Positions 36,432-46,216 of a DNA stretch of 64,000 nucleotides are shown here, piece by piece. Source of the DNA: Puia sp. (GTDB lineage: Bacteria; Bacteroidota; Bacteroidia; Chitinophagales; Chitinophagaceae); contig DASZJO010000114.1 in assembly GCA_035948015.1 (NCBI GenBank), positions 31,780 through 95,779 on the forward strand. The letters run 5' to 3'. The translations under genes and the position numbers were made by a program. The first letter of the stretch is position 1. Every line of letters begins with the position of its first letter. Below the pieces are notes generated by a model, which was given only the letters and a program-made list of their open reading frames with translations, did no database searches and had not been told where the DNA came from.

Positions 36432-38030
36432 ATGAAACGCAATATTTTCACGATAGGGATAGCGACAATGCTTGCGGCGGGAACACTGGTTTCCTGCTCG
36501 AAGAAGCTGGATCGCCAGCCGCCCAATTCAGTAACCGCGGCGCAGGTCTTTAGTACCGATACGGGCGCCAAACAGGCGTTGGCACAGGTATATGCCGCTT
36601 ATGCCCTCACCGGCAGCAACGGCTCGGGCAGCACTACCCTGATTGGCATAGACCCCGGGACCTCCGATTTTGTGCGGTTGCTATGGGACGCCTCGGAACT
36701 GAGTACCGACGAAGCCGTATGCGCATGGAATGACCCGGGTGTTCCGGATTTCCACAACATGGCCTGGAACTCGAGTAATCCGATCCTTCTCGGGCTGTAT
36801 TTCCGGATCATGTACCAGGTTACCGTTGCCAATGCCTTTATCCAGGAAGCCGATGCGGTTAAAGGGAAATTCACCGGCGGGGCCCTGACGGACCTCAACC
36901 ATTATATCGCCGAATCCCGGTTCCTGCGGGCCTTCGATTATTGGGAGATGTTGGACCTTTTTGGCAAAGCGCCCTTCGTGACCGAGAAAAGCCCGATCGG
37001 CGTCGGGACTTATCTTCCGCCGCAAGCATCAGCAGATTCGCTGTTCTCCTATGTCGAATCCGAGTTGAAAGACCTGGATAACACGAACGCGATGGTCACC
37101 GCGCGACAGAACGAATTCGCCCGCGCCGACCAGGCCTGCGTTTGGGCCCTGCTGGCCAGGTTATACCTGAATGCCCAGACCTATACGGGGACAGCGCGCT
37201 TTACCGATGCCATCACTTATTCCAGCAAAGTCATCACTACTGGCGGTTACGCCCTGCTGCCAAATTTCCACAATAACTTTCTCGCAGATAACGATTCGTC
37301 GAACAATACCGAGCAAATTCTCTCGATCGCTTACGACGGGGTCAACACGCAAAACTACGGCGGTACTACTTTCATCATCAATGCCGAAATAGGCGGTTCG
37401 ATGAATCCGGCTGCCTACGGTGTTCCCACGGGCGGATGGGGAGGTAACAGGACCACGGCCAATATCCCTAATCTTTTTCCCGACGTGACCGGGACCGTCG
37501 ACAAGCGATCGCTGTTCTATACTCCGGGGCAATCAGAAGCGATCGCCAGCATCAGCACCTTTACCGATGGGTATCCTTCGGTTAAATTCCAGAATGTTAC
37601 CTCCAAAGACAAACTGCCGGCGGGCGCAGCCACCTACTGCACCACGAGTTTCCCGCTCTTCCGGCTTGCCGAACAATACCTGATCCGCGCGGAATCCGTG
37701 CTGAGGGGTGGCTCCGGCAGCACCCAGGCTCAGGCACTTGCTGACTACAATATTCTTAGAGACCGGGCATCGGACACCAGCGCCAGCTACGAAGCCACCA
37801 GTATCGTCCTGCAGGACATCCTGAATGAGCGGGGCCGGGAACTGAGCTGGGAATGTTTCCGGCGCACCGACCTGATCCGTTATGGACTTTTCACTTCCTC
37901 GACCTATCTCTGGCCATGGAAGGGTGGGGTCTCCTCGGGTACGGGTGTCGATTCGCATTACAATCTATTCCCGCTACCGGCCTCCGATCTGAATGTCAAC
38001 CCCAACCTTATTCAGAACAAGGGCTATTAA
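36432..38030 (+). CDS. susD: SusD-like starch/glycan-binding outer membrane lipoprotein
   Basis: Lipobox GTLVSCS; SusD/RagB core; ERGRELSWECFRRTDLIRYG; C-terminal LFPLPASDLNVNPNLIQNKGY. Confidence 0.92.
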   Translation: MKRNIFTIGIATMLAAGTLVSCSKKLDRQPPNSVTAAQVFSTDTGAKQALAQVYAAYALTGSNGSGSTTLIGIDPGTSDFVRLLWDASELSTDEAVCAWNDPGVPDFHNMAWNSSNPILLGLYFRIMYQVTVANAFIQEADAVKGKFTGGALTDLNHYIAESRFLRAFDYWEMLDLFGKAPFVTEKSPIGVGTYLPPQASADSLFSYVESELKDLDNTNAMVTARQNEFARADQACVWALLARLYLNAQTYTGTARFTDAITYSSKVITTGGYALLPNFHNNFLADNDSSNNTEQILSIAYDGVNTQNYGGTTFIINAEIGGSMNPAAYGVPTGGWGGNRTTANIPNLFPDVTGTVDKRSLFYTPGQSEAIASISTFTDGYPSVKFQNVTSKDKLPAGAATYCTTSFPLFRLAEQYLIRAESVLRGGSGSTQAQALADYNILRDRASDTSASYEATSIVLQDILNERGRELSWECFRRTDLIRYGLFTSSTYLWPWKGGVSSGTGVDSHYNLFPLPASDLNVNPNLIQNKGY

Positions 38031-38054
38031 TAACGCTTTAAAGTGCACGCTTAT

Positions 38055-38909
38055 ATGAAAAGATACTTTGATAAACTTATTCTCCTTGCGGCATCCGGTT
38101 TCACGATCCTGACGTCCTGCAATAAGAATGACACTCCCGTTTACTTCAACGGTGGGACCGCCCCGGTACTCACGTCGACTGCCGCCGATTCCATCGCACT
38201 TCCGCTTTCGGATACAACCGAAACTGCGGTTACTTTTTCGTGGACAAACCCAAATTATCAATTCAGTGACGGGACCAGCTCGCTCGATGTCAAGTATTAC
38301 CTGGAGATCGATACGGCGGGTGGCAATTTTTCCAGCCCCGCGCTGGCCCAGCTCGGGATCACTTCCCAGTTGAATATCACCTATACAGTTGCCCAAATGA
38401 ATGCGATCCTATCCAATCAGATGTTACTGGCGGCCAATATGCAGCACAATATCCAGGTCAGGATCGAATCCTTCCTTGCTCCATTGAGCTCCGGGACCGC
38501 TAATCAGGGCGTGCTATACTCCAACATGCTTGCCTTTACGGCGACACCCTACCAGCTGCCGCCTGCCGTGAACCCGCCGGCATCGGGCGTACTTTATATA
38601 ACCGGGAGCGCAACAAATGACGGCTGGATGGCAGGCGGAAAGCCTGCGAGCGTGGCTGGCCAGCAAATGACACAGGTGACCCCGCTGATCTATAAAATTA
38701 CGCTGCCGCTGATCGGCGGTCAGCAATTCCTTCTCGTGCCGGTGGCGGGGGACTGGTCCAATAAGTATGCTACATCAAACAGCAATTCCGCAACGACAGG
38801 CGGAACATTTAGTTATAACGCCGCCAACAACTTCAACGGCCCCGCGAGTAGCGGCACCTATACCGTAACATTCAATTTCCAGTCGGGCACTTATACTATC
38901 ACCCAATAA
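38055..38909 (+). CDS. susE: SusE-like outer membrane lipoprotein
   Basis: Lipobox FTILTSCN. SusE N-terminal domain pattern (VTFSWTNPNYQF...YYLEID). The C-terminal module LYITGSATNDGW...LLVPVAGDWSNKYA is paralogous to the next gene. Confidence 0.8.
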   Translation: MKRYFDKLILLAASGFTILTSCNKNDTPVYFNGGTAPVLTSTAADSIALPLSDTTETAVTFSWTNPNYQFSDGTSSLDVKYYLEIDTAGGNFSSPALAQLGITSQLNITYTVAQMNAILSNQMLLAANMQHNIQVRIESFLAPLSSGTANQGVLYSNMLAFTATPYQLPPAVNPPASGVLYITGSATNDGWMAGGKPASVAGQQMTQVTPLIYKITLPLIGGQQFLLVPVAGDWSNKYATSNSNSATTGGTFSYNAANNFNGPASSGTYTVTFNFQSGTYTITQ

Positions 38910-38917
38910 TACCAGCC

Positions 38918-40354
38918 ATGAGCAAAAATATTTTACGACTTTACTTTATCATCGGCATGGCGGCCCTGGGAATGGTAGCCTGCGAGAAGAAATTGACCAA
39001 CCAATATTTCGGGAACGGGTCAACGCCCACGATGAAAGTGTCGACGACAACGCTTGCGCCTCCAACGGCCGATTCCCTGAATAAGGTCCTGACGATCAGT
39101 TGGACGAATCCGCACTATGCGACCGACTCGGCGACGGAGCTTTATTCCATCCAGATCGACTCAGCGGGCCGTAACTTTTCCAAAGCCATCACTGTTCAGG
39201 TCACGGGTGCGCTGTCAGATTCGATGACCGCAAAACAGATCAATACGATCGCCTTAAACCTTGGCTTTAGCTACAATGTGGCTTATAACATGGATATCCG
39301 CGTGGTTAGTTCGTATGCCAATTACAATCAGGAGCTTTTCTCGAACACTGTCACGATCAACTATACACCCTACGTCACTCCGCCCAAGGTGGCCCCGCCG
39401 AACAGCAAAGCACTGTTCCTCGTCGGCAGCGCTTCCTCCGGCGGCTGGAACAACCCCGTCCCCGTGCCGGCGCAGGCTTTCACGGTAGTTGACTCGGTTC
39501 TTTACCAGGGGACCTTCTTCCTCAATGGAGGCCAGCAGTACCTGCTCCTGCCGGTAGACGGCGATTGGAGCAACAAATACGCGGTCGCCAGTGCCAACAT
39601 TCCCGCAACCGGCGGAGCTTTCGGCTATAACGGCGGAAACTCCACCTACAACACAAATTTCCCCGGCCCCGCCGCGTCAGGGTTATACACCATTACGGTG
39701 GATTTTCAGCAGGGTACATTCACCTGTACGCTTGCGCAGCAATATGGACTGCTCTATGTACCCGGTGATTATCAGGGATGGACGCCGGCCACCGCACCCG
39801 CCCTCGGCTCGCCGAAGAAAGACGGCAATTATGACGGGTATATCAATTTCCCCTCGGGCGGTACTTATCAATTCAAGTTTACCGGTGAACCGGACTGGAA
39901 TGGCGCCACTTATGGCGATACCGCGGGTAACGGCCAATCAGGCGTCCTCAGCCTCGGCGGCGGCAACAACCTTCAGGTGCCCGGCGCCGGTTGGTATGAG
40001 ATTTCCGCCAACACAACCGCCAAAACCTGGTCGGCGACGGCGATCACTTCCTGGAGCCTCATCGGCAGCTTTGCCGCCAGCACCTGGTCAAACGATATCA
40101 ATATGACCTATAATTCGGGCTCCAATTCCTGGACGGGGACGATCACCACGGCTGCGGGCGACCAGTTCAAGTTCAGGGCGAACCATGCATGGACGGTCAA
40201 CCTCGGCGATGCCGGCGGCACTGGCGTTGGGAGCCTTGCCTATAACGGAAACAACATCGGCGATCCTTCGAAGAATTTCTCCGTTCCAGCCGGAACACAT
40301 ACGATCACCCTGTATCTGGGTAATCCTGATTATTATTCGTACATGATCCAATAG
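38918..40354 (+). CDS. susF: SusF-like outer membrane lipoprotein with repeated starch-binding-like modules
   Basis: Lipobox LGMVACE; LTISWTNPHYATD; repeated modules LFLVGSASSGGWNNP...LLLPVDGDWSNKYA and LIGSFAASTWSNDINM...FKFRANHAWTVNLG. Confidence 0.8.
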   Translation: MSKNILRLYFIIGMAALGMVACEKKLTNQYFGNGSTPTMKVSTTTLAPPTADSLNKVLTISWTNPHYATDSATELYSIQIDSAGRNFSKAITVQVTGALSDSMTAKQINTIALNLGFSYNVAYNMDIRVVSSYANYNQELFSNTVTINYTPYVTPPKVAPPNSKALFLVGSASSGGWNNPVPVPAQAFTVVDSVLYQGTFFLNGGQQYLLLPVDGDWSNKYAVASANIPATGGAFGYNGGNSTYNTNFPGPAASGLYTITVDFQQGTFTCTLAQQYGLLYVPGDYQGWTPATAPALGSPKKDGNYDGYINFPSGGTYQFKFTGEPDWNGATYGDTAGNGQSGVLSLGGGNNLQVPGAGWYEISANTTAKTWSATAITSWSLIGSFAASTWSNDINMTYNSGSNSWTGTITTAAGDQFKFRANHAWTVNLGDAGGTGVGSLAYNGNNIGDPSKNFSVPAGTHTITLYLGNPDYYSYMIQ

Positions 40355-40391
40355 CGCCGTTTTGACAATGATCCGTATTTAAGATCACGAT

Positions 40392-43319
40392 ATGAAGAAA
40401 CTGTTTATCCTTACCGGGCTCCTGGCTTTCCTGCACTCCACAAAAGGCCAGGAGCTCACTTCCGTTCCCTCCTTTCCCCAGGATACCAGTACCGTTACGA
40501 TTGTCGTGAACTGCAACCTCGGCAACCAGGGATTATTAAGCGCCGGCGGCACCGGCGTATACGCCTATATAGGGCTGGTAACCAGTTCCAGCACGCCCTC
40601 TTCGCTCTGGCAACATATACCCGCTGCCTGTATATGGGGAACGCCTAATGCCGCGGTTGCGGCTACTTACCTGGGTAATAATCAATACTCGTTCACCATC
40701 CACAATATCCGTTCTTATTTCGGCGTGCCGACAGCGGAGGTCATCTACAAAGTGGCCATTCTATTCTGGGGCAACAATGGCAACATCGCGCAACGCAACG
40801 CCGACGGCGGCGATATGTTCGTCCCCGTTTATACCCAGGCCCTTGGCGGATTTTTCGCCGCTCCCCCTTTTCAACCGACCTATACCCCGATTCCGCAGCC
40901 ATTATCCGAATCCGTTGGCAACACCCTGCCTATAAAATTCATCACCAACAAGACCGCCGCCCTGGCCCTTTCTGTCAACGGCTCAACCGTTGCCACCGCC
41001 GCATCCGCCGACTCTATTCTCTATTCCCTCTCCGTTGCAGCGGGGAGTCAGCAGATCATCGCGACTGCCAACGACGGCGTGACCAACGTGGCGGATACCT
41101 TCAGCTTCTTTGCCGGCGGCGCGGTGAATATCGCGCCGATCCCTTCCGGCGCAAACGAAGGGATCAACTACCTGCCCGGGGATACGTCCGTCTTGCTGGT
41201 CCTGAACGCCCCGCTTAAGCACAAGATCGTAGTGGTCGGAGACTTTTCCAATTGGACCCAGCAATCCGCTTACCAGATGAACGAAACACCCGACAGCAAT
41301 TTCTGGTGGCTGCAGATCAACGGCCTGACGTCCGGCACCGAATATGCCTACCAGTATGTGATCGATGATAGCCTTCAGCTGGCGGATTACAACACGGAGA
41401 AGGTACTCGACAAGAACGTAGACCCCTCGATACCTTCATCTACCTATCCGAACCTGAAGTCCTTCCCCGCGGGCGCCGCCGGGACCCTGGCCAGCATCAT
41501 CCAGACCGGTCAGACACCCTATAACTGGCAGGTGACCAATTTCCAGCGACCCGCGAAGTCCAACCTGATGATCTATGAGCTCTGGCTCGCCGATTTCACT
41601 ACTGCCGGCAACTGGCAAGGCCTGATCGACACGCTGAGCTACCTCAGGCATCTCGGCATCAACGCCGTTGAAGTTGAACCGATCTGTAATTTCGAAGGTG
41701 CCAACAGCTGGGGCTATAACCCGAATTTCTATTTTGCACCCGATAAAGTATATGGTACGGCGGCCGCCGTGAAGCAATTCGTGGATCTTTGCCATAGCAT
41801 GGGCATGGCAGTGATCATGGACCTCGTGATGAACCATTCATTCGGAAGCTCGCCGATGGTACAGATGTATTGGAATAACCCCCTCGGCGTCCCCGCGGCC
41901 AATAACCCCTGGTTCAACCCATACCCCACCCATGCTTTTAATGTCGGGTTCCAGTTCAATCACGAAAGCCCCGCCACCATCGATTTCACCCATCGCGTCG
42001 TCAACTACTGGCTGACCAATTATCACGTCGACGGCTACCGCTGGGACCTCGCCAAGGGCTTTACCCAAACCAACACCTGCGACCCAACGGGTAATAATTG
42101 TAATGTCGGCGTCTGGGGTGCATACGATGCGGGCCGCGTCGCCACCTGGGACAATATCTATAACCAGATGCAGACCGCGTCGCCCGGCAGTTACTGCATT
42201 CTCGAAATGTTTGCCGACAACAGCGAACAACAGGTCGAAGCCAACTATGGGATGATGTTGTGGGGAGAAGATCTGGGAACCACCTACAACCAGGCAACCA
42301 TGGGCTATAGCACTCCTTCGCCCGGCGGCGCTACCTGGGACCTTTCGGGCAGCATCTATACTTCGCTCGGCGGTTGGAATAATCCAGGTCTCGTCGTCTA
42401 CCAGGAAAGCCATGACGACGAACGTCTCATGTACAACAACGAACAGTATGGCAACGGCAGCGGCAGCTATAGCATCAAAGACACCACGACCGCGCTGGCC
42501 CGCGACGCCATGTCAACTTCGTTCTGGGCCCTGGCTCCGGGACCCAAGATGCTGACGGAATTCGGCGAATTGGGATTCGACTATTCGATCAACTGGTGCT
42601 CCAACGGGACCGTAGACCCCACAGGCGGCTGCCGTCTCACCCCGAAGCCTATCCGCTGGGACTACCTTCAGGTGCCCGCCCGCAAGAAACTTCATGACAC
42701 CTATGCCGCTCTGTTAAAGCTCCGTACCAATTATCCCGGCCTGGCCACCGGAAGCACCAATTATTCCCTCACCGGAAACGTCAAATATCTTGGCGTACAG
42801 AGTGACTCACTGGATGTGATGGTTGTCGGGAATTTCGATGTTGTATCGGCTACGGGTTCCATCCCCTTCGCCACTGCAGGCACCTGGTACGACTATCTGT
42901 CGACCGACAGCATCCAGGCCGGTGCAGGACTTCAGTCTTTGAACCTCGCGCCCGGGGAATACCATGTCTTCACGAACAGGAACCTCAACGCCAGCGATAC
43001 AACCAGCGATACGACCACCACGCCGCCGCCGCCGCCGTCTTCCTCCCTCAGCCTGCAGATCCGCCCCAATCCGGTCGTCAGCAGTGCCACCAACATCGTC
43101 TTTAACCTGCCAACCGACGCTTCCGTCAGCCTCGTCGTCTATTCCATTAGCGGCCAACGCATGGGTGCCGTTGATCTCGGAAGCCGCAGCGCGGGCCAAT
43201 ATACCATTCCAGCCAGCCAGTTGCCCGTGGACCCGATCGGATTGCCAAACGGCTACTACGTGCTGCAGATGATCACTTCATCCGGGACCACGCATCTGCC
43301 GTTCATTGTCATTCATTAA
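40392..43319 (+). CDS. GH13 alpha-amylase/pullulanase-family enzyme with an E-set/CBM48-like module and a T9SS C-terminal sorting domain
   Basis: GH13 regions AVIMDLVMNHS, VDGYRWDLAKGF, ILEMFAD and YQESHDDERL. E-set-like VVVGDFSNW. Thr/Pro linker DTTSDTTTTPPPPPSSS, then a T9SS CTD (LQIRPNPVVSSATNIVFNL...GYYVLQMITSSGTTHLPFIVIH). Ordinary signal peptide with no lipobox. Confidence 0.88.
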   Translation: MKKLFILTGLLAFLHSTKGQELTSVPSFPQDTSTVTIVVNCNLGNQGLLSAGGTGVYAYIGLVTSSSTPSSLWQHIPAACIWGTPNAAVAATYLGNNQYSFTIHNIRSYFGVPTAEVIYKVAILFWGNNGNIAQRNADGGDMFVPVYTQALGGFFAAPPFQPTYTPIPQPLSESVGNTLPIKFITNKTAALALSVNGSTVATAASADSILYSLSVAAGSQQIIATANDGVTNVADTFSFFAGGAVNIAPIPSGANEGINYLPGDTSVLLVLNAPLKHKIVVVGDFSNWTQQSAYQMNETPDSNFWWLQINGLTSGTEYAYQYVIDDSLQLADYNTEKVLDKNVDPSIPSSTYPNLKSFPAGAAGTLASIIQTGQTPYNWQVTNFQRPAKSNLMIYELWLADFTTAGNWQGLIDTLSYLRHLGINAVEVEPICNFEGANSWGYNPNFYFAPDKVYGTAAAVKQFVDLCHSMGMAVIMDLVMNHSFGSSPMVQMYWNNPLGVPAANNPWFNPYPTHAFNVGFQFNHESPATIDFTHRVVNYWLTNYHVDGYRWDLAKGFTQTNTCDPTGNNCNVGVWGAYDAGRVATWDNIYNQMQTASPGSYCILEMFADNSEQQVEANYGMMLWGEDLGTTYNQATMGYSTPSPGGATWDLSGSIYTSLGGWNNPGLVVYQESHDDERLMYNNEQYGNGSGSYSIKDTTTALARDAMSTSFWALAPGPKMLTEFGELGFDYSINWCSNGTVDPTGGCRLTPKPIRWDYLQVPARKKLHDTYAALLKLRTNYPGLATGSTNYSLTGNVKYLGVQSDSLDVMVVGNFDVVSATGSIPFATAGTWYDYLSTDSIQAGAGLQSLNLAPGEYHVFTNRNLNASDTTSDTTTTPPPPPSSSLSLQIRPNPVVSSATNIVFNLPTDASVSLVVYSISGQRMGAVDLGSRSAGQYTIPASQLPVDPIGLPNGYYVLQMITSSGTTHLPFIVIH

Positions 43320-43456
43320 TAGCAACCGCCATTCATTGATGGGGTATCCGCCTCCTCGTCCGATTCCGCATTCCCCAATGCAACGCTTCGCCCGAACCAA
43401 TTGTCATCCATCCAATCTGCATAGATCAAGACAAATTAACCTTTACCTCCCAAGCA

Positions 43457-43894
43457 ATGCGCGCAACCTTTGTTCTAGCGACCTCCCTCCTCATTTCTGC
43501 CCTTGGGGCTTTACCCGCCTGCAAACACCCGGAAATCTGCTGTGGTCCAGCGATCCAACCCGGCCTGATCGGCAACTGGTCGTTGGTCTACGTAGACAAT
43601 GGGCTTGCCGGCGGGTATAACGTGCCTGCCGATTCGACTGTCATCCTCACTCTCACCCGCGACAGCACCTACCATCTGCAGGATAATATGGTCGTCGCAG
43701 AATCCGGGACTTTCCACCTTGCCGATACGCCAATAGCGACCTTAGCCAATATACCCCAACCTGTCATAGTATTCAGCGCGGGCCTAACGCCCTTTGGCAA
43801 TGGGCCGACAGTCTATGCCTTAAGCCACGACAGCCTTACACTGGGCACAAGCGTTTATGATGGACCTTCGACCATTTACGTGAAGATTGATTAA
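43457..43894 (+). CDS. Hypothetical lipoprotein
   Basis: Signal/lipobox SALGALPAC. No recognisable catalytic motif. Confidence 0.55.
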   Translation: MRATFVLATSLLISALGALPACKHPEICCGPAIQPGLIGNWSLVYVDNGLAGGYNVPADSTVILTLTRDSTYHLQDNMVVAESGTFHLADTPIATLANIPQPVIVFSAGLTPFGNGPTVYALSHDSLTLGTSVYDGPSTIYVKID

Positions 43895-43895
43895 T

Positions 43896-44510
43896 TTATT
43901 GCACCTCTCTCTGGTGGTCAATAATGAACTGGATGATCTCCTCCAACGGAAGATCGACCCGGCTGAGCGCATCGTTGATGTCATCCCGGTTCACCTGCGC
44001 CGCGAATGATGGCGTCTTTAATTTTTTGAGTATGCTTTTCACATCCATTCCCTCATACCGGGTCGGCCGGATCAGCGCCGCGGCATGGATAAATCCCGAA
44101 AGCTCATCGAATACATAGATCATTTTGTCCATCGTATTCTCCGGCTCTACACCAAAATGTTTTGGCCCGTGTGAAGCGATACAGTGAATGACTTCCGGAT
44201 CAGTATTCATCGACTCCAAATGCTCGATGATGACCCGGCAATGTGATTCAGGATATTTCTCCCAATCGGCATCATGCAGCAAACCGGCCAGCTCCCACTT
44301 TAGCGCAGTCTTCTCGTCGGCTCCTTCCCGCTCCAGCGCCCAGGCCTTCATCACCGCCCCCACCTGTTTCATATGCAGCCGCAGCCGCTCATTCGGCACC
44401 CACTCGGCCAAAATCGCATGCGCCTCCTCGAGCGTCGGTAAATTGCCGTTATTGGCCGGATCGCCAAATGTACTGCGCCCAAGCGCCAGGATAGGAGTGG
44501 AAGAAGACAT
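43896..44510 (-). CDS. HD/HDIG domain metal-dependent phosphohydrolase
   Basis: H...HD motif (LRLHMKQV, AGLLHDADWEKYPESH, ASHGPKHFG). Confidence 0.8.
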   Translation of the reverse strand: MSSSTPILALGRSTFGDPANNGNLPTLEEAHAILAEWVPNERLRLHMKQVGAVMKAWALEREGADEKTALKWELAGLLHDADWEKYPESHCRVIIEHLESMNTDPEVIHCIASHGPKHFGVEPENTMDKMIYVFDELSGFIHAAALIRPTRYEGMDVKSILKKLKTPSFAAQVNRDDINDALSRVDLPLEEIIQFIIDHQREVQ

Positions 44511-44578
44511 AGATTGTGATTTGCGGCAATTTAATAAATGGAGCGATTGGCAGAGATTATTTTTTACTAAGTTTTCGG

Positions 44579-44983
44579 CTAGCCCGGCTGGCGCAGGGAA
44601 TATTCTTTTGTCAGCGCCTCGACCGGGATGCGAAGAAGTTTGCTGAACTTACGGATCATTGTAAGTGAAAGGGCCTGCTTATAATTCAATACCTTGCTTA
44701 CCGTCCCCTTATCGCCGTACTCCTTTGCGAGGTCCGACGCGTTATAGCCAAAATCTTCCATTCGGATCTTAATCATCTCAATCGGACCCACCTCCGGGAG
44801 GCTCCATTTCTTTTCTTCGTATACAGATACGAGATGAACGAGCAACAGCATTTCCCTATACTCCGGAGTACCCTTCGGTGCTTCTCTTATTTCTTCAAAA
44901 CGCGCGGTTGCTTCCCTATATTCTTTTTCATTTTCAATAAGCAGCCACTGCTTTGGTTTCTTAATTTGCTGTATTGTGGTCAT
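44579..44983 (-). CDS. higA: HigA-family antitoxin (XRE HTH, COG5499-like)
   Basis: The ATG at 44983 gives MTTIQQIKKPKQWLLIENEKEYREA. C-terminal HTH ASDLAKEYGDKGTVSKVLNYKQALSLTMIRKFSKLL. Lies directly downstream of higB (16-nt gap). Confidence 0.8.
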   Translation of the reverse strand: MTTIQQIKKPKQWLLIENEKEYREATARFEEIREAPKGTPEYREMLLLVHLVSVYEEKKWSLPEVGPIEMIKIRMEDFGYNASDLAKEYGDKGTVSKVLNYKQALSLTMIRKFSKLLRIPVEALTKEYSLRQPG

Positions 44984-44999
44984 TTGTTTATCCCTTTTT

Positions 45000-45281
45000 C
45001 TAAACGGTTGTCGGGTCGACCCGGTCGTACTCCGCATGCGTCCCGATAAATCTGATTTCTGCGAACTTTTCTTCATAATGGATATGCGCGATCAATCGAT
45101 AAGTATTGTGAACAATCTCGAATCTCGCCCGGTTATTTTTGATCATCTTCGCCCTCGGGAAATCTCTAAGGACATCTTGCTTGTTTTTCCATTGGGCTTT
45201 TTGCACAACATCTTTCCATGTGGCCAGACTTATCAGTTTAAAGCACCCATCAAAAATAAAAGAAAGTTGGCAAATTACCAA
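45000..45281 (-). CDS. higB: HigB-family toxin (mRNA interferase, pfam09907-like)
   Basis: SLATWKDVVQKAQWKNKQDVLRDFPRAKMIKNNRARFEIVHNTYRLIAHIHYEEKFAEIRFIGTHAEYDRVD matches the HigB_toxin pattern. The start is uncertain: the TTG at 45281 gives the family-typical ~93 aa, while the track start 45398 would run through an upstream palindrome. Confidence 0.75.
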   Translation of the reverse strand: MVICQLSFIFDGCFKLISLATWKDVVQKAQWKNKQDVLRDFPRAKMIKNNRARFEIVHNTYRLIAHIHYEEKFAEIRFIGTHAEYDRVDPTTV

Positions 45282-45344
45282 CTTAAAATTATTTACTTCA
45301 AAGCTTAAGTGACCTGATCGGCTGGCTGGTCCCTTTAGCAAATC

Positions 45345-45369
45345 AAAAGTTCGCAAACTGCGAACTTTT
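45345..45369. promoter_or_regulatory. Perfect 11-bp inverted repeat AAAAGTTCGCA-aac-TGCGAACTTTT upstream of higB (candidate HigA operator or bidirectional hairpin)
   Basis: Read directly. A related site GTACGCAA-t-TTGCGAAC lies at 45444-45460. Confidence 0.5.
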
Positions 45370-45642
45370 CTGTGTTTATGTGATCTTTCAACCGCCAATC
45401 AGTATTGATTTCCAATTCAATCTGAAAGACAGTCTTTTCAGAAGTACGCAATTTGCGAACTCCTTCCCTCCAAACTAACATATACTCGACCCGACCTTTG
45501 GAATCGACCTAGCCCCACAACCAAACCACACCAATAGTGATCATTTTAAATCCCAGTCAAAATTTTTATTGTAAATCAATAACTTACAAACCTCCCCTCA
45601 AAATAACCCCATTTTTTCTTGGTACTTCCCTATGAAAAACTC

Positions 45643-45650
45643 TAATTTTG
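45643..45650 (+). promoter_or_regulatory. -7 promoter box TAATTTTG for the rplM-rpsI operon
   Basis: Exact TAnnTTTG match ~110 nt before the rplM ATG. The leader contains the hairpin CCATTG-ggatag-CAATGG (45720-45737). Confidence 0.45.
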
Positions 45651-45759
45651 CGGTCCTTTAGGTTTAAGCCATCGGCTGAGTCCAAAGCTAAAAACCGTAT
45701 AGGATCATCAAATTCACTGCCATTGGGATAGCAATGGAATCACGTAAAAAGTAAAGAAA

Positions 45760-46203
45760 ATGAGCAAATTGCATTTCACCACCAAACACGCGAACGAGGC
45801 TACCGTTAAACGCGACTGGTATGTCGTGGACGGTACTAATCAAACCGTTGGTCGCATGTGTTCCAAAATTGCCGCCGTCCTCCGGGGCAAGAACAAAGCC
45901 TACTACACCCCCCACGTCGATTGCGGCGACTTTATCGTTGTCATTAACGCCGAGAAGATCGTCTTCACGGGTAACAAACTGGAAGACAAAGTCTACATCA
46001 ACTTCTCCGGTTATCCCGGTGGAAAGAAGGAAGAGATCGCCAAGAACCTCCTCCGCCGCCGCCCCGACGCCATTATCGAAAGGGCCGTCAAAGGCATGCT
46101 GCCTAAGAATCGCCTGGGCCGTAAAATGTACAAGAAACTGTTTGTTTACGCCGGCGACCAGCACCCGCACGCCGCACAGCAACCAAAATCTCTAACCTTC
46201 TAA
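45760..46203 (+). CDS. rplM: 50S ribosomal protein L13
   Basis: [28 protein letters not shown]... is canonical L13. Confidence 0.97.
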   Translation: MSKLHFTTKHANEATVKRDWYVVDGTNQTVGRMCSKIAAVLRGKNKAYYTPHVDCGDFIVVINAEKIVFTGNKLEDKVYINFSGYPGGKKEEIAKNLLRRRPDAIIERAVKGMLPKNRLGRKMYKKLFVYAGDQHPHAAQQPKSLTF

Positions 46204-46216
46204 TCTTAACAGATAA

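Noticed and set aside
45282-45398. Longer higB start (ATG at 45398, 132 aa) given in the ORF track
   Set aside because: The extra 39 residues have no similarity to HigB N-termini and would read through the perfect 25-bp palindrome at 45345-45369. The family length (~93-100 aa) fits the TTG at 45281.
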